Below are positions 16,748-25,735 of a stretch of 64,000 nucleotides of DNA, piece by piece. Source of the stretch: Thermoplasmata archaeon (GTDB lineage Archaea > Thermoplasmatota > Thermoplasmata > Methanomassiliicoccales > Methanomethylophilaceae); assembly GCA_015063185.1 (NCBI GenBank), contig SUSY01000006.1, positions 2,703 to 66,702 of the forward strand. The letters run 5' to 3'. The translations under genes were made by a program, and so were the position numbers. Numbering within the stretch: the stretch's first letter is position 1; each line of letters starts with the position of its first letter. The notes under the pieces are model-generated. The model was not told the DNA's origin, did not search any database, and saw only the letters and a program-made list of their open reading frames with translations.

Positions 16748-17721
16748 TTCTTGTTCAGAGGGTAGACATAGTTGTCATAAAGGTGTGATGAGAACAGTTC
16801 TTTCATGTCCACGACGCCGACGGATCCGATGACTGTTCCGTCGAGATCTATAGGGGTGACAATGACGCGTATTCCCTTGTATGGGCCACTTTCAGCGATC
16901 TTTCTATAGGTCTTTCCTGTCTGGATAGCTTCTTCAAGAACAGCACCACTATATGCATTGTCGATGACGACGCCATCTTCGATCCTAATACCCAGATTGT
17001 TCTTACTCTTGGCACAGACCGGCAACCCTCCTACAAGTTCATGTATTGCGAACGCGAGTGAGATCAATTCATTGGTGTTGCTTGACGACGATAGGATTCC
17101 GTGGAGTTCCTTTTTGAACTTCAATCCCCCTATTAATGATAGGGCAACGGATATCGCACCCATTTCTGCATTTTCAGGTGTGTTGGATGTACCGATGATG
17201 ATGACGTCCTCCTCTTTCAATCTGAAAGTCTTCTGGAACAGTTCCTGGACATCCTCATCGACGACATGATCCGTTCCAGGGAACTTGAGTTTTCCATCCA
17301 CATATATCAATGTCGTGGCACCTCTGGCACCATTCCTCAGTGCAACATCGCTCTCCTCGGATCCATATTTGATCCTCTTAGATGCACGAGGTACCTTCAC
17401 CGCACAGTCGTAGTCACTGATGGTCATGCTGCCTATGTTTAGGTGGGCCATTTCCATAACGACACCATTACGGACCTTCTCCCCTTCCTCGGATAGGTAT
17501 ATGCCAGTCTTGTTCGTGAATGTGCAACCGTACTTTTCCAAGAGTGCAAGGAGAGTACGCGTGCTACCCTCTCCGATTCCAAGTTGTTCGGATAGCCTCT
17601 TACGACCTACCGGTATGAACTGGTCGAGACACATAAGTGCCTTCCAAATGTGGTAATCGGAGAACTTAGCTGCGGAACCTGGCCTTCTTCCGGTCGCATG
17701 GTGCATGGATAGGAATGCCAT
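16744..17721 (-). CDS. archaeal winged-helix domain protein (possibly DUF4443/DUF2111-type; unverified)
   Basis: 325 aa. The N-terminal wHTH-like segment is VGRKRLSEQLGIGEGSTRTLLALLEKYG. The C-terminal domain is ...GGLPVCAKSKNNLGIRIEDGVVIDNAYSGAVLEE...GIRVIVTPIDLDGTVIGSVGVVD. Confidence 0.5.
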   Translation of the reverse strand: MAFLSMHHATGRRPGSAAKFSDYHIWKALMCLDQFIPVGRKRLSEQLGIGEGSTRTLLALLEKYGCTFTNKTGIYLSEEGEKVRNGVVMEMAHLNIGSMTISDYDCAVKVPRASKRIKYGSEESDVALRNGARGATTLIYVDGKLKFPGTDHVVDEDVQELFQKTFRLKEEDVIIIGTSNTPENAEMGAISVALSLIGGLKFKKELHGILSSSSNTNELISLAFAIHELVGGLPVCAKSKNNLGIRIEDGVVIDNAYSGAVLEEAIQTGKTYRKIAESGPYKGIRVIVTPIDLDGTVIGSVGVVDMKELFSSHLYDNYVYPLNKK

Positions 17722-17793
17722 CCATCTGATAAAAACATTGGACTCCTTGAAAACCTACCAGAATAGAAGGTTTTTCGTATGAATAGTGCATTT

Positions 17794-17823
17794 TTAACGT
17801 CGATTAGATTTAACGACGGTTAA
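17794..17823. promoter_or_regulatory. imperfect inverted repeat (TTAACGTCG-n11-CGACGGTTAA) abutting a TATA-like box (TTAATATTA, 17820-17828) in the divergent promoter region
   Basis: Read directly from the sequence. It lies 50-90 nt upstream of the atwA start and about 75-100 nt upstream of the divergent wHTH gene. Confidence 0.35.
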
Positions 17824-17886
17824 TATTACGCGCGCGACAAATAGGGTTACCATTTCCTTTAATAGGGCCTCGTGCATTTTCCATCC

Positions 17887-19509
17887 ATGTCAGATACTGG
17901 AGTCGAACTTCTTAAGCTTGAGAATGTTACCAAGTCTTTCAATGGAAAGGTCGTTCTTGATAACATTTCAGTCACTTTGAAGACCGGAGAGATCCTCGGT
18001 CTCATTGGAAAGAGTGCAGCAGGAAAGAGTGTTCTCATCCACATGATCAGGGGTTCCGAAGGATACAAGCCCGATTCTGGAAAGATCCTCTACCATGTCC
18101 GCCGTTGTTCTGGATGCAACCATCTCGACATCCCCATCAGCGAGGGGGTCTGTCCCCACTGTGGAAAGGAGATGCGCGATGAATGGATTGACATGTGGGC
18201 CCTCAAGGACCGCGATGCGACCAGGACATCGCTCCACATGCGCATCTCTATCATGCTCCAAAGGACCTTCGCACTCTTCGGAGACGACACTGTCCTTGAG
18301 AACATCTATGAAGCCATGCCTGATGGGATGGAGGATCCCGATAAGGTCAAGAAGGCCATCGAACTCCTCGAGTTCGTCAATATGACGCATAGGACCACCC
18401 ACATCGCTCGTGACCTTTCAGGAGGGGAGAAGCAGAGGGTAGTCATGGCAAGGCAGCTTGCAAAGCAGCCTCTCTTCTTCCTTGCAGATGAACCCACCGG
18501 TACCCTCGATCCGTATACCGCGAATCTCGTTCATGAAAGGCTAGTTAAGTACGTCAGAGAGCACAACATCTGCATGGTCTTTGCATCCCACTGGCCAGAT
18601 GCAATCGTCAAGATGGCAGACACCGCAATCTGGCTGGATGCAGGAAAGGCACTCATGCAGGGTGATCCGACCGCAGTAACTTCCAAGTTCATGGAGGAGT
18701 ACAAGTTCGATAAAGGTACCGTTCACAATGTCGGAGAGACTCTCATCAGACTTGACAATGCAAAGAAGCACTACTTCTCTGTCGTCAGAGGAGTCGTCAA
18801 GGCTGTCGACGGAGTCACATTCGATATCAAAGAGGGAGAGATCTTCGCACTTGTAGGATTCTCCGGAGCAGGAAAGACCACTACCTCCCGTATGATTTCC
18901 GGTATGACTCCTGCTACGCAGGGTAAGGTCGAGATCAAGATCGGAGACGAATGGATCGATATGAGCGATCCCGGAGAGGGAGGAAAAGGAAGGGCGACCG
19001 CATACATCGGAGTCCTTCATCAGGAGTTCACCCTCTATCCCTTCGATACGGTCCTCATGAACCTGTCATCAAGCATTGGAATCAAGATGCCTGCGGAACT
19101 CGCCAAGGTCAAAGCCATTCAGGCATTGATCAGTGTCGGATTCCCCAAGCAGGGAATCGAGGACGTTCTCCAGGCACAGCCCGGTTCCCTCTCCGTGGGA
19201 GAGAACCAGAGGATCGCATTCGCACAGGTCCTCATCAAGGAGCCGAAGATCGTCGTTCTTGATGAGCCTACCGGAACGATGGACCCGATCACCAAGGTCA
19301 CCGTTGCAAAGGCCGTTCTCAAGGCAAGGAAGGACCTCAACGAGACATTCATCGTTGTCAGTCACGACATGGATTTCATCCTCAACTGCTGTGACCGCGG
19401 TGCACTCATGAAGGACGGAAAGATTCAGTACCTCGGTCCCGCAGACATCCTCGTCGAGAAGCTCAAGGAAGTTGAGAAAGAGATTCTGGATGCCGGTGGA
19501 GAGCTATGA
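17887..19509 (+). CDS. atwA: methyl-coenzyme M reductase system component A2 (double ABC ATPase)
   Basis: Two NBDs: GKSAAGKS / LSGGEKQR / FFLADEPT, and GFSGAGKT / LSVGENQR / VVLDEPT. A CxxC...CxxC insert (CSGCNH...CPHCG) sits in NBD1. The ORF opens at 17872, and the MSDTG start at 17887 is preferred. Confidence 0.9.
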   Translation: MSDTGVELLKLENVTKSFNGKVVLDNISVTLKTGEILGLIGKSAAGKSVLIHMIRGSEGYKPDSGKILYHVRRCSGCNHLDIPISEGVCPHCGKEMRDEWIDMWALKDRDATRTSLHMRISIMLQRTFALFGDDTVLENIYEAMPDGMEDPDKVKKAIELLEFVNMTHRTTHIARDLSGGEKQRVVMARQLAKQPLFFLADEPTGTLDPYTANLVHERLVKYVREHNICMVFASHWPDAIVKMADTAIWLDAGKALMQGDPTAVTSKFMEEYKFDKGTVHNVGETLIRLDNAKKHYFSVVRGVVKAVDGVTFDIKEGEIFALVGFSGAGKTTTSRMISGMTPATQGKVEIKIGDEWIDMSDPGEGGKGRATAYIGVLHQEFTLYPFDTVLMNLSSSIGIKMPAELAKVKAIQALISVGFPKQGIEDVLQAQPGSLSVGENQRIAFAQVLIKEPKIVVLDEPTGTMDPITKVTVAKAVLKARKDLNETFIVVSHDMDFILNCCDRGALMKDGKIQYLGPADILVEKLKEVEKEILDAGGEL

Positions 19510-20129
19510 AGCAGAGGATCGGAAGACATCTCAGTTTCGTGGAGTGCAGGGAATCTATGGGAATGGGCCAGGGAGGTGGTCTCGCTCAGAGGGCGACCAT
19601 CTCCGAGAGCGGCAAGGATGTCGTCGCCATCGCGATGGGTCCTGGTCGTAGGCACATCACCAAACCTGTATGTGAGATCACATATGCGTTGCGTGAGGAG
19701 GGGATTGATACCTCCGTCCTCGTTCTCAATGCAGGTGCAGGCGTTCCGGCAGATGCTCCCGACATCACCCACGGACAGTGCATGGGATTGGATCCCATAG
19801 AGGTGGAGCGTATCCAACAGTTCAAGGTCGCATTGATCCACCTCGGAAATGTCAGGAGCCATATCATTTGGAAGGCAAGACTCATCCTGAGGAATGTCAA
19901 CATCCCCGCGATCCTGGTGACACAATGTCCCATCGATTACGAGGACCTTGCTGCCATCGGTGTCAGGACCAAGTATGTCATGCCTGATGATGAGAATATC
20001 AATTCCAAAGGATGTGTAGAGGAGATCGTTACCGGGGTTATCAGAGGAGTCTCTTGTCCTCAGGACAAGTTGGATGAGATCGTCTCCAAGGTACTGAACA
20101 TGATGCCTGATAGGAGGGATGGTCAATGA
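19506..20129 (+). CDS. mcrC: methyl-coenzyme M reductase operon protein C
   Basis: 207 aa. [17 protein letters not shown]...[41 protein letters not shown] matches McrC closely from memory. ATGA overlap with atwA. Confidence 0.93.
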   Translation: MKQRIGRHLSFVECRESMGMGQGGGLAQRATISESGKDVVAIAMGPGRRHITKPVCEITYALREEGIDTSVLVLNAGAGVPADAPDITHGQCMGLDPIEVERIQQFKVALIHLGNVRSHIIWKARLILRNVNIPAILVTQCPIDYEDLAAIGVRTKYVMPDDENINSKGCVEEIVTGVIRGVSCPQDKLDEIVSKVLNMMPDRRDGQ

Positions 20130-21640
20130 TTGTTACCATCAATGGTACTGAATACACTTTCAAGGAGGGGGCAACACTCGGGGATGCCGTGTCAATGGTG
20201 GATTACGAGCCTGGGACCGTCGTCTCCGTCTTCAAGTCCTCCGAGTCTCTCAGGACGGAGTCCGAGGATTTTGAGGTCGTGACCACCAGAGGAAGATTCC
20301 ATATCCATCTCGATGAAGGTATCCACGGTCAATTATGGAAGTCGAAGACAGAGGAGATATCTGGATCCACCGCAAGGTGGGTCACACATGATATCGCAGC
20401 ATTCGGTTCGTTCGTTACGGACATCCCTGTTGATCGTACCGTGTCCATGTATCGCAAATACGATTGTTTCTTCTCGCTCGGTGGTTTTGATAGCGCCACC
20501 ACGTACATGATGATCGCCCGTGATGACCACCGTTCCAACTATGGAACGGGCGGGATAAAAGTCGGAAGGGTAACACGTGGAAGGCACGTCCTAGATGATT
20601 TCCGTGAAGGGGACAGGATCCTTTCCATCGGACCCGTCATCTCCGAGAGTCAAAAGGACAATTTCGTCCTCACATCCGATCTCAAATACAAGTTAGAGGA
20701 TGGAAACAGGGTTGAGACCTGTGTAAGGGTCAAACTCGATATGACCTCTCCGGAGTCTGCGGAGCATCTGATGATAGTCGCTCAGAAGGGATATCTCAAT
20801 GTATCCAGTGCGACGGGAAGTTACATCGCAGTCGATGATGACATGGACATTACGTTCAAGTCAGAGTCCAAGGCTGTAAGGGAAAAGGACGGTGTGTTCG
20901 TTCGTAGTACAGGTGTCGGTGTAGGGCGCATATTCTTCTATAGGGAAAGGAGACAGATGTTGGAGAGCCATAACCACATCGGAGATGTGGTCATGGGTTC
21001 ATCGATCATCTCTTCCGTCAAACCTGGAGATAAGATCAAGGTCGAAGTGGATCCACCAAGGCTCATGGCCGTCGGAATGAATATGTACGATGGAATATCA
21101 CTCATGGAGTCCGCAGGAATCAAGGTCACACGTGGTGGAGAAATGGGCGATGACGCAGTCATCGTCGAGCAGAGTCCAGAGAATACCGTAGACATTCTCA
21201 ATAAAGGCGAGGTGGTCCTATTCGGAGTTGACAGGAAATCCATCTATAGGATCGAGCTCAACCGTAAGAAAGAGGCCGATGTCCACTACTTCGAGAAGCT
21301 TACAGGGCTCAATCACAAGCCTGTCGGTATGCTCAACGTCCATTTCTGGTTCCCAGGAATGTCCATGGTCACATTCAATGGTGATGAGGAGAAGGGTAAG
21401 TCCCTGTATCCTGGAGAACCGTTCAAGAAGTGCAAACGCGGGGACATAGGTCTCACGAATCAGGCTTGTGACCATAAGGGTCTAGTCGGTATCAGGATGG
21501 CTGACAGTAAGGAATTCGGACCTACCGGAGAGGAACCGTTCGGCACCAACATATTCGGAAAGTTCGTCGATGACCTGAAGCGTTTCGAGGAGACTCTCGA
21601 GGAAGGAGAGGTCGTCTATGTCACGGAGATGGAAATATGA
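20126..21640 (+). CDS. methanogenesis marker protein 3 (Mmp3)
   Basis: 504 aa. Size and position in the conserved atwA/mcrC/mmp cluster fit Mmp3. The N-terminus [22 protein letters not shown] looks beta-grasp-like. ATGA overlap with mcrC. Confidence 0.65.
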   Translation: MIVTINGTEYTFKEGATLGDAVSMVDYEPGTVVSVFKSSESLRTESEDFEVVTTRGRFHIHLDEGIHGQLWKSKTEEISGSTARWVTHDIAAFGSFVTDIPVDRTVSMYRKYDCFFSLGGFDSATTYMMIARDDHRSNYGTGGIKVGRVTRGRHVLDDFREGDRILSIGPVISESQKDNFVLTSDLKYKLEDGNRVETCVRVKLDMTSPESAEHLMIVAQKGYLNVSSATGSYIAVDDDMDITFKSESKAVREKDGVFVRSTGVGVGRIFFYRERRQMLESHNHIGDVVMGSSIISSVKPGDKIKVEVDPPRLMAVGMNMYDGISLMESAGIKVTRGGEMGDDAVIVEQSPENTVDILNKGEVVLFGVDRKSIYRIELNRKKEADVHYFEKLTGLNHKPVGMLNVHFWFPGMSMVTFNGDEEKGKSLYPGEPFKKCKRGDIGLTNQACDHKGLVGIRMADSKEFGPTGEEPFGTNIFGKFVDDLKRFEETLEEGEVVYVTEMEI

Positions 21641-22059
21641 GTGATGAGAGGGAGACCAGATTGCTAATGATCAGTCCCGCATCCAGGCTCACGCCTGAGA
21701 TGTTGGCCCGCACTATCCATTCCATGGGTGTGGATGTTGCTCTTAAGGAGACCTGTTATGGTTGTCTGATCGAAGGAAGGCGTGAAGCCGTCCTCGAAGT
21801 CACTAGGAGGGCAAGAGGCCTTCAGGGCAATTCAGTATTCTCCAAGAGGAGAGCATACAGGATGGGCGACCCCGTCAGATGTCGTGCACAGCACGGAACA
21901 AGGCCCGGATTCAGTCAGCTTGAATCCGAATGGGTCGCATTGCCCTATATCGAGGCAGGATTGGATGCCATCGATAGAGGAGAGAAATACAAGAAAATCC
22001 CGGCTAAGGAGAAGTTGCCGGTCGACAAACTCATTGAAATTTGCGAGGTGAAATTGTGA
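21637..22059 (+). CDS. methanogenesis marker protein 6 (Mmp6)
   Basis: 140 aa. Assigned from size and cluster position. ATGA overlap with mmp3. Confidence 0.55.
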   Translation: MSDERETRLLMISPASRLTPEMLARTIHSMGVDVALKETCYGCLIEGRREAVLEVTRRARGLQGNSVFSKRRAYRMGDPVRCRAQHGTRPGFSQLESEWVALPYIEAGLDAIDRGEKYKKIPAKEKLPVDKLIEICEVKL

Positions 22060-22490
22060 AGGTATTCATCGATCCGCCGAACAGTCTTATCCTGTTCGAT
22101 CTGGTGGAAAGATTCGGACACGAGCCGCTCAGCACCATGGCGGCATTGCAGGAAAGGATTGACAACATCGAGGTGGACATGCCTCCCATGAACGTTACTC
22201 TGGATGATGTGGTCAGAGGACTCAAGTATGCAGGAATCGAGGTCCCCTCAGGTGTGAGGGGAAGGCTTGCGGTCTGGGGTCCGATGATCGAGGAGGCGGA
22301 TGCGGCGATCATCGTCGACGATCCACCATTCTCCTTTGGATGTGTTGGATGCGAGCGTTCCGAACTCATGGTGAAATATCTGATCAAAAGGCGCGGTATT
22401 CCGATGCTCAGGGTCCCATACCCCAATTCCGAAGAAGAGGGTAAGGTCTTCGTCGGGCAGGTGAAGGAGTTCTTGGAGGGATTGCAGTGA
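22056..22490 (+). CDS. methanogenesis marker protein 5 (Mmp5)
   Basis: About 144 aa from a GTG start that overlaps the mmp6 stop (GTGA). Assigned from size and cluster position. Confidence 0.55.
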   Translation: MKVFIDPPNSLILFDLVERFGHEPLSTMAALQERIDNIEVDMPPMNVTLDDVVRGLKYAGIEVPSGVRGRLAVWGPMIEEADAAIIVDDPPFSFGCVGCERSELMVKYLIKRRGIPMLRVPYPNSEEEGKVFVGQVKEFLEGLQ

Positions 22491-23716
22491 CCATCAAGAT
22501 TGCACAGTTGTCATGCGGTACGGAGTACAGTAGCGTTCAATACGAGATCGAGAAGGCGGCACGCAGTGTGGGTGCAAAGGTGGTCTATCCTGATGTATCC
22601 GCAGTAGATGTGGAGAATGCCGTGGAGAGGTTCGGATTCAGGCCCCGCTCAAATCAGCTCAAGCTGATGATTGCAAGGGCCGTTCAGCTGGCGGATGGTA
22701 ACTACGCTGCAGATGCAGTGTTCATCACAACCTGCTTCAGATGTGCCGAGGCAGCCCTTGTCAGGAACGAGATCAGAAGATTCATCCAGGAGAACACGAA
22801 CCTCCCTGTGGTCACCTACTCATTCACCGAGAGGTTGAAGGCATCACAGTTGCTCACAAGGATGGAGGCTCTCGTCACGATCGTGACCAGAAAGGAACTC
22901 CTCGCAAGGGAGAGGCAGGCAGGAATCACTGCAGGATTGGATTCCGGTTCTTCGACCACCAAGGCCGTCATCATGCAGGATAACAAGATCATAGGTAAGG
23001 CATGGACGCCATCCCACAATGTCGTGGAGTCCGCGACATTCGTCCTCAACGAGGCTCTGGCACAGGCCGGTCTGGAGTACAAGGACATCGAGGCGATGGG
23101 AACCACAGGATATGGTCGTTTCACTCTTGGAGAACACTTCAAGGACAAGGTCAAATTGATCCAGGAAGAGCTCACAGTCAACTCCAAGGGTGCTGTGTGG
23201 CTTGCAGATAGGCAGAGGGGAGAGGCAACCATCATCGATATTGGAGGAATGGATAACAAAGCCATCACCGTTCGTGATGGTATCCCGGACAACTTCACAA
23301 TGGGTGGAGTCTGTGCGGGTGCATCCGGTCGTTTCCTTGAGATGACCTCCAGGAGGCTCAAGATCGACGTCACACAGTTAGGTGCATTGGCCGATAAGGG
23401 TAACTGGAGGAACGCCAAGATGAACTCCTATTGTTCAGTCTTCGGTATTCAGGATCTGGTCACCACTCTCGGAGATGGAAAGAGCTTCGAGGATGTCGCT
23501 GCAGCCGCCTGTCACTCTGTAGCAGAGCAGGTCTACGAGCAGCAGCTTCAGGAGATCGATGTCAGGCACCCGATCATCCAGGTAGGAGGTACCTCGCTTA
23601 TTTCCGGACTTGTCACCGCAGTCGGTGAGGTCCTTGGAGAGAAGCCTATCGTTCCCGCTGATTCACAGTTCATCGGTGCGGTTGGAGGAGCACTCCTCAG
23701 TTCAGGATTCCTGTGA
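22487..23716 (+). CDS. methanogenesis marker protein 15 (Mmp15; BadF/BcrA/HgdC-type ASKHA ATPase)
   Basis: 409 aa with [36 protein letters not shown] and QVGGTS. GTGA overlap with mmp5. Confidence 0.7.
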   Translation: MTIKIAQLSCGTEYSSVQYEIEKAARSVGAKVVYPDVSAVDVENAVERFGFRPRSNQLKLMIARAVQLADGNYAADAVFITTCFRCAEAALVRNEIRRFIQENTNLPVVTYSFTERLKASQLLTRMEALVTIVTRKELLARERQAGITAGLDSGSSTTKAVIMQDNKIIGKAWTPSHNVVESATFVLNEALAQAGLEYKDIEAMGTTGYGRFTLGEHFKDKVKLIQEELTVNSKGAVWLADRQRGEATIIDIGGMDNKAITVRDGIPDNFTMGGVCAGASGRFLEMTSRRLKIDVTQLGALADKGNWRNAKMNSYCSVFGIQDLVTTLGDGKSFEDVAAAACHSVAEQVYEQQLQEIDVRHPIIQVGGTSLISGLVTAVGEVLGEKPIVPADSQFIGAVGGALLSSGFL

Positions 23717-23725
23717 GGTCTAGAG

Positions 23726-24304
23726 ATGCAGATCGATGTCGTCTGTGATGATATGTATGGGGGAGAGGCATATGCCAAGCTCTTCGAGAACATCATCGGA
23801 GATATCGGAAAGTCATTCATGATCGTCAAGGCGAAGTTGGTCCTCAAACCCGAGGTCCCTCTGTTCATCTTTTCGGTCATCCTGAAGAATGCACCTGGGT
23901 GCAAGGTCATGTCCGAGGCAGCATCATTCAGGCAGGAGGGTGACGAGTTGTACGTGTCCATCTCCAACGAGCGTTATGCACCAGATGTCCTTTCCAACCT
24001 CTGGAAGACATATGGGCGCCCCAATGTGGATCAGAACACCAGGTTCGATCTGGTGGTCCGTGGTGCCAAGCAGGAGGATGTGGAGAACATGGTCATTTCC
24101 TCAGGAGAGGAGGCTGTCGAGGAAATCCTTGGTGCTTTTTGGAGGGCATTACCCGAAGGGATCCGTGTAAGGGATGCGATGATCGACGGAAAGGTCATCA
24201 CAGTCATTGCAACGGAAGAGATCATGGTGAAGGAGCTGAAGGATGAAGGTGTCCTTGTCCATGAAGGTATGATCAAGGAAGGGGAGGCGATCCCTGATGT
24301 TTGA
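23726..24304 (+). CDS. methanogenesis marker protein 17 (Mmp17)
   Basis: 192 aa. Assigned from size and cluster position. This is the only junction in the operon with a spacer (9 nt, containing a GAGGT RBS). Confidence 0.5.
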   Translation: MQIDVVCDDMYGGEAYAKLFENIIGDIGKSFMIVKAKLVLKPEVPLFIFSVILKNAPGCKVMSEAASFRQEGDELYVSISNERYAPDVLSNLWKTYGRPNVDQNTRFDLVVRGAKQEDVENMVISSGEEAVEEILGAFWRALPEGIRVRDAMIDGKVITVIATEEIMVKELKDEGVLVHEGMIKEGEAIPDV

Positions 24305-25223
24305 AGTCATGATGTACGATGGCGGAGTATACCGTTCCGCAGAGCTCTTCGAGGCTATCGAGGATGTAGGAGGAACCGTCCTTCACATGAATCGTAGCGC
24401 ACAGATGCTGATGGTCACCATGTCGATCCCTGAGGAGGATCGCGGTGTCATAGAGAGCATATCTAAGGAAATCGGTGGGGACATTCGTAGTGTCCCACTC
24501 GCGGGTACGGAGATTGCCGTAGTCGGTTGTACTCTGGGAAGGCACCATATGCCTCACCCCGTCTGTGATATCGCAGAGATCATGAGGCAGGGCGGAGCGA
24601 TCTCTGTCGTGATGGGTCTTGCAAGAGGTAGAGGAAAGAAGACGTCCCAGATCTCCAAGAGGGAGATCGAGATCATCGACGAGTACGATGCAGCCGTCTT
24701 CATGTTCGGAAATTTTAAGGATTGTGTCGAGGAGAAGAAGGAGTTGTTGGAGGACATCCATGTGCCAGTTATCCTGGTTTGTGGACCCCAGCCCGATGGG
24801 ATGGAGGATTGTTGCGAAGCTGTCATCTCCGGTGTCGGAAGAAAAGCCGAGAGGATGAAGTCCTCCGATGAGAGGGCGAAACTCGCAGAGATCTCCGATG
24901 CGGTCAACGAAGTTCTGATGCGTAAGAAGAAGCAGTTGGAGGAGGATCCGTTATTCATCCATCCAGCGGAGCTTAAGCTCCTCTTGGAGAACTACGAACC
25001 CATTGACATGTGTCTCAGGCCAGCACCTATCGTCCTTCATTTGGATGGATTGCGTGTGAAGATTCCGTACAGGGAGCATAAGGATTACTTCGACAATCTG
25101 ATCGTGTACGGACGTAAGTTGTCCGAAGTGGCAGACATTGTCGAGTCCAAACTGGAGGACAGCAGCACATTGATCAAGATCAGGACAATGTCCCAGATCG
25201 AAGATATGGATCGCGGCGCATGA
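24297..25223 (+). CDS. methanogenesis marker protein 7 (Mmp7)
   Basis: 308 aa. Assigned from size and cluster position. 8-nt overlap with mmp17. Confidence 0.55.
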   Translation: MFEVMMYDGGVYRSAELFEAIEDVGGTVLHMNRSAQMLMVTMSIPEEDRGVIESISKEIGGDIRSVPLAGTEIAVVGCTLGRHHMPHPVCDIAEIMRQGGAISVVMGLARGRGKKTSQISKREIEIIDEYDAAVFMFGNFKDCVEEKKELLEDIHVPVILVCGPQPDGMEDCCEAVISGVGRKAERMKSSDERAKLAEISDAVNEVLMRKKKQLEEDPLFIHPAELKLLLENYEPIDMCLRPAPIVLHLDGLRVKIPYREHKDYFDNLIVYGRKLSEVADIVESKLEDSSTLIKIRTMSQIEDMDRGA

Positions 25224-25657
25224 GCGTATGTCCAAAGAGGAGGGGCACATACGTGCTCTTCCTCAACTTCCTTTCTGATTTTTCCTCCGATATCGGAGCG
25301 TTGGGTCATATAGATCTTCCAGCAGGTCAGTATTGTTACGTAGGTAGTGCCATGGGCGGTCTGGAACATAGATTGGATCGTCATCTGTCAAAGGAGAAGA
25401 AGATTCGCTGGCACATAGATAGGTTGACGATCGTTGCCGATTCCATGGAGGCGTTCGTATCATATCCTGACCCGGTGCCAGAGTGTGAACTCGCCAGGAT
25501 CGCGGAGGATTCCGGTTGTATTCCTGTATGTCATGGTTTCGGTTGTTCGGATTGTAGATGCGGAACCCATCTGTTCAGTGTCCCTTCGGATGCCAAATCT
25601 GCCCTGTTAAAAAATGCGGCTTTGGAAGCATATGGCCAGTCTTTCTTTACTTTATAG
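25220..25657 (+). CDS. GIY-YIG-like (DUF123-type) protein with a C-terminal Cys cluster
   Basis: 145 aa. RGTYVLFL...GQYCYVGSAMGGLEHRLDRHL...KKIRWHIDRL, then CIPVCHGFGCSDCRCGTH. ATGA overlap with the mmp7 stop. The stop is TAG. Confidence 0.6.
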   Translation: MSVCPKRRGTYVLFLNFLSDFSSDIGALGHIDLPAGQYCYVGSAMGGLEHRLDRHLSKEKKIRWHIDRLTIVADSMEAFVSYPDPVPECELARIAEDSGCIPVCHGFGCSDCRCGTHLFSVPSDAKSALLKNAALEAYGQSFFTL

Positions 25658-25735
25658 GATACGGTCACCCAAATCATTATTAAACTAAATCTTATTCTCC
25701 CACCATTAAGTCACACGTAAGTGGAGGACAATTAA

